Origin: Bacteroidota bacterium | GTDB lineage: Bacteria; Bacteroidota; Bacteroidia; Flavobacteriales; Flavobacteriaceae | NCBI GenBank assembly: GCA_947460615.1 | Contig: CANHHG010000001.1 | Coordinates: 30,056-94,055 of the forward strand | DNA: 64,000 bases | Reading direction: 5' to 3' | Shown here: positions 60,654-64,000 of the stretch, one piece after another | Layout of the letters: each line of letters starts with the position of its first letter | Position numbering within the stretch: position 1 is the first letter of the stretch | The notes under the pieces: model-generated | Database searches by the model: none | Told to the model about the DNA's origin: nothing | The model's input: only the letters and a program-made list of their open reading frames with translations | Position numbers and translations under genes: made by a program

Positions 60654-63600
60654 TTATTTAACCATCAACTTTTTGATAGTTGTTTTTTCTTTTTGGGAGA
60701 TTTTTAATAGGTATATTCCAGAATTTAAATCAGAGATATCTAATATATTATATTTTACTTTTTGAGTCAATATATGTTTTCCAAACAAATCAAATACTTC
60801 TACATCAATATCCTCATGAATAGAAGAAGTGATTGTCACAAAATTAGTTTTTGAAGGATTTGGAAATATTTTAATACTATCTAATTCAAATTCTTGGTTT
60901 GCCAATGTTGTAATGGTTACCGCTAAACTAGTTGCACTAGTACATCCGCCAACTGTTTGTGTTGCATAGTAAGTAGTATTTGTCAAAGGAGTGGTACTTG
61001 GTAATGGATTGGTTCCTGAAGCAGCATTTGCACTACTTGCATACCAAACCACATTAGTACCTGTAACCACAATTGAACTTATCGTTAACAATGATGATAA
61101 CGATTGTGTTGCCGCACCTGTTGGAGCAGCCGTAGTATTTACTGTTACTGCAACCGAAGCTCTTGGCCCCTCACATGAATTTAATGTTTGAGAAACATAG
61201 TAAGTTCCTGTTGCTAATGCTGTAGTAGATGCCAATGCAGTTCCATTAGCTGCAGCTGAATACCATTGTAATCCTGTTCCAGTAGCTGCTAATCCAGCAA
61301 CGGTTCCTGAGTTACAGAACGATTGTGCTGAAGCCGTTGGAGCAGCCGTAGTATTTACTGTTACTGCAACCGAAGCTCTTGGCCCCTCACATGAATTTAA
61401 TGTTTGAGAAACATAATAAGTTCCTGTTGCTAATGCCGTTGTTGAAGTCAATGCAGTTCCATTAGCTGCAGCTGAATACCATTGTAATCCTGTTCCAGTA
61501 GCAGTTAATCCAGCAACTGTTCCTGAGTTACAGAACGATTGTGCTGAAGCTGTTGGAGCAGCAGTAGTATTTACTGTTAAAGCAACAACATTTGAGTTGG
61601 TAATTCCATTGATAGAAGTGAAAACCGCTATATATTGATAATTATTTAATCCTGAAGCTGAACCTGTTAAATTTAAAGTTCCGGTTGTAAAATTACTATA
61701 AGTTGTTCCGGCATCTAAGTTTGCAGTAACGTCAGCCCAAACAGTTCCGTCAGTACTTCTTTGCCATTTTATAGTAGTTGATAAAGAGCTTGATGCTGCT
61801 GAAGCAGTAAACGAAGTATCATTTCCACTACAAATAGTACTTGTAATTGGTTGAAGAGAAATTGTTGGTGCTCCAGTAGAAGTTCCCACAGCAAAATCTC
61901 CAAAATCTAATAAACCAGTTGCTGTAGCTGAAGTCGCCGATGGAGTTGCGGTCGTAGTAGGAGCAGTCCATACAGAAGCATCATATTTACGAACAACATA
62001 ATTTGCAGGTATTGAAGTTGCATCATTATCTGCGGCAGCATAATTTACTGTTGCGCTATAATCCGTGAAACCAGTTACTCCATTATTTAATAATGTCCAA
62101 GTTCTGTTAACACTATTGGTGTTGTCTAAACCTGAAGAAGCTATTTGAGGATGATCACTAGCTGTTGTTGAAGCAGTAATACTTCCTGCTGTTGTAGCAG
62201 TATTATTTCCATTAAAGGTCAACGATATTGGAGTATAATTGGCTGTATCTCCAATAGCAAAGTTAAACGACGGACTTGCATTTGAAGCCGTTTGTTTGAT
62301 TAAATTTCCAACAACCCATCCTGTTCCAGCTCCTGTAATACTTCCTGATGTTCCAATTGTTACAAAATTATTTCCTGTAATTAGTTTGCCAGATATAAAA
62401 TTCAGCACACCATTTATAGTATTTGATCCGCTTGAAGTAACTCCCGCGGCATTATTTATTGTCACGTTATTTAGTCCCAATGCTGGCAACTCAAATGATG
62501 TTGTTATTGCGGTTGTACCATCATAAATAACATTAGTAGTTGTCCCAAAAATTGGTGCTGCGTTTAAACTTCCTGACGTTCTTGTTATTGTTGCACCATT
62601 ACCTAAAGTAAGATTTGCTGCGCCTGATATAGTACTTGTTCCTGTAATATTAAGTCTTAAAGTACCACTAACCGTTGTGGCTCCAGCAAAGGATTTGTTA
62701 TTATTAGAACCACTTAAAAATAGATTCTTATAATCAGTTCTTGGGGTAACGTTTTGTGTTGTTCCACTTTCCGCTCTATTGTACTCTATTGTACTATTGG
62801 CTCCGAGGGTTAACGATTCCGCTCCGAGAAATTGTAAGGCACAAAAAGTTGATCCAGCATTTCCTACATTAGTAGATACAAACCCCACTGCTTTTCCTAC
62901 TCTAACTGTACCATTTATAACAGCTGAAGCCCCTGAATTTAAAGACAAATAATAAGTACTTGTTTCAGAAAATTGAGCTATCGAATTTGCGGCTACTTCA
63001 AAATAAGTTCTAACATTATGATTGGTAGTACCCAAACCACTAAAAAATACGTTACCAGATCCGGTTCCATCAATATATAATTTTCCATAGCTGAAAGCGG
63101 TTTTTAATAAAGCACTATTTATATCATTGTTTTGATAATGAACCTCTGAAGTATCTGCTAGGGTTCCATAAGTCGTAGCAAAAGCATACGAAAAGGTTGA
63201 CGGAGTGGTCGTAGTTATTTCAGTTGCAACCAAGTTTCTATCATATACTTTATTTCCATTAGTAACATCCAATGTTCCGGTAATTCCAAAACCACTTGCA
63301 ATAGTTAAAGAAACATTCGTAGTACTAGAATCTCCTACTACCACTTTAGATGCAGCTCCTGATACGGTCCAAGCCGCAGTTGTAGTTACATTAGAATTAA
63401 TTTTGAATATTTGAAAATCAGTTGTAAAATTAGTAGGACGGTTGTTACTTGCATCTGCCCAATTTAAAACATTGTGTAAGTCGCCTGTTCCAGTATAGGT
63501 ATAAGTAGTAATAGGAGCAGTATAGGTAATTATTATTTGACCATTTGCGCCTGAACCTCCTTTGGCTGAGGCGAATGTTCCAGAACCAGTAGAAAATGAA

Positions 63601-64000
63601 ATTCCACCTCCACCACCAGAACCAACAGCAGCGCCATTTGTTCCAACATACCCACCGGTAACAGTACCTGTTCCAGCGGCACCTCCAGCTAAACCTTGAG
63701 CATTTGCTCCACCGGCACCACTGGCTGTGGTGGTACTATTACTTCCATTTGAGCCCAGGGTGACAATGTCTCCTGCTGAGTTAATATTTGGGTTAACATA
63801 TGCTTCAACTACATGTCCGGTTCCGTTGCTATAGGTTACTGTAGGTCTAGAAGTATACCCAGAACCTTGATTCAATGCTCCTACATAGGCTAAATTAGAT
63901 CCAGTGGGTTGAGTCACTACTGCTCCGGAACCTCCTCCGCCAGTAATGATTCCGTATGCATAATTTTTTAAAGTCAATCCTGCTATTAATCCAGTAGTAG
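60654..64000 (-). CDS. Large T9SS-secreted adhesin-like protein (Gly-rich region, beta-rich stalk, Ig-like repeats, type A CTD); 5' end beyond window
   Basis: Frame stays open to the window edge (...TTGLIAG-LTLKNY); Thr/Gly/Ala-rich; WY...TYYVSQ Ig-like units; C-terminal FPNP...GIYLLK...KKLMVK. Confidence 0.85.
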   Translation of the reverse strand, partial: TTGLIAGLTLKNYAYGIITGGGGSGAVVTQPTGSNLAYVGALNQGSGYTSRPTVTYSNGTGHVVEAYVNPNINSAGDIVTLGSNGSNSTTTASGAGGANAQGLAGGAAGTGTVTGGYVGTNGAAVGSGGGGGISFSTGSGTFASAKGGSGANGQIIITYTAPITTYTYTGTGDLHNVLNWADASNNRPTNFTTDFQIFKINSNVTTTAAWTVSGAASKVVVGDSSTTNVSLTIASGFGITGTLDVTNGNKVYDRNLVATEITTTTPSTFSYAFATTYGTLADTSEVHYQNNDINSALLKTAFSYGKLYIDGTGSGNVFFSGLGTTNHNVRTYFEVAANSIAQFSETSTYYLSLNSGASAVINGTVRVGKAVGFVSTNVGNAGSTFCALQFLGAESLTLGANSTIEYNRAESGTTQNVTPRTDYKNLFLSGSNNNKSFAGATTVSGTLRLNITGTSTISGAANLTLGNGATITRTSGSLNAAPIFGTTTNVIYDGTTAITTSFELPALGLNNVTINNAAGVTSSGSNTINGVLNFISGKLITGNNFVTIGTSGSITGAGTGWVVGNLIKQTASNASPSFNFAIGDTANYTPISLTFNGNNTATTAGSITASTTASDHPQIASSGLDNTNSVNRTWTLLNNGVTGFTDYSATVNYAAADNDATSIPANYVVRKYDASVWTAPTTTATPSATSATATGLLDFGDFAVGTSTGAPTISLQPITSTICSGNDTSFTASAASSSLSTTIKWQRSTDGTVWADVTANLDAGTTYSNFTTGTLNLTGSASGLNNYQYIAVFTSINGITNSNVVALTVNTTAAPTASAQSFCNSGTVAGLTATGTGLQWYSAAANGTALTSTTALATGTYYVSQTLNSCEGPRASVAVTVNTTAAPTASAQSFCNSGTVAGLAATGTGLQWYSAAANGTALASTTALATGTYYVSQTLNSCEGPRASVAVTVNTTAAPTGAATQSLSSLLTISSIVVTGTNVVWYASSANAASGTNPLPSTTPLTNTTYYATQTVGGCTSATSLAVTITTLANQEFELDSIKIFPNPSKTNFVTITSSIHEDIDVEVFDLFGKHILTQKVKYNILDISDLNSGIYLLKISQKEKTTIKKLMVK
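61120..61579 (-). repeat. 216-bp near-identical tandem repeat (72-aa Ig-like domain, ~2.1 copies)
   Basis: GTTGGAGCAGC..TAGTATTTACTGTTA recurs at 61120, 61336 and 61552; protein VNTTAAPTASAQSFCNSGTVAGL...SCEGPRASVAVT twice. Confidence 0.93.

Overview
AT-rich Bacteroidota chromosomal window, most likely Flavobacterium (gldB/gldC, T9SS plug protein, five T9SS C-terminal-domain cargoes, TAnnTTTG promoters). Bases 1-48,730 are mostly core genome: pruA (partial), apaG, map, a TetR-ABC-HlyD-TolC export operon, gpmI, tRNA-Gly, pepE, tatA, rlmN, dnaG, pth, nadE, gldBC, yihA, the dcw cluster mraZ-ftsZ, yqeY and tRNA-Arg(UCG). After the tRNA-Arg comes an accessory minus-strand region: a CotH-kinase T9SS cargo, a ~1 kb non-coding gap, and a SusC/SusD locus with no glycosidases. 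That locus is flanked by three amide/peptide hydrolases (Nna1/CCP-like M14 carboxypeptidase, D-aminoacylase-like lipoprotein, T9SS-secreted N-formylglutamate-amidohydrolase-like enzyme) and a large 5'-truncated adhesin. Best leads: (1) this putative D-/gamma-glutamyl peptide utilisation locus; (2) four dispersed copies of a structured element with compensatory base changes, resembling the Flavo-1 motif, in short and long forms, all co-oriented with the downstream gene; (3) an ABC exporter whose ATPase motifs are degenerate; (4) an esterase gene bracketed by a 50-bp duplication of a divergent promoter exactly 1,000 bp apart. All assignments come from reading motifs by eye; no database search was run.
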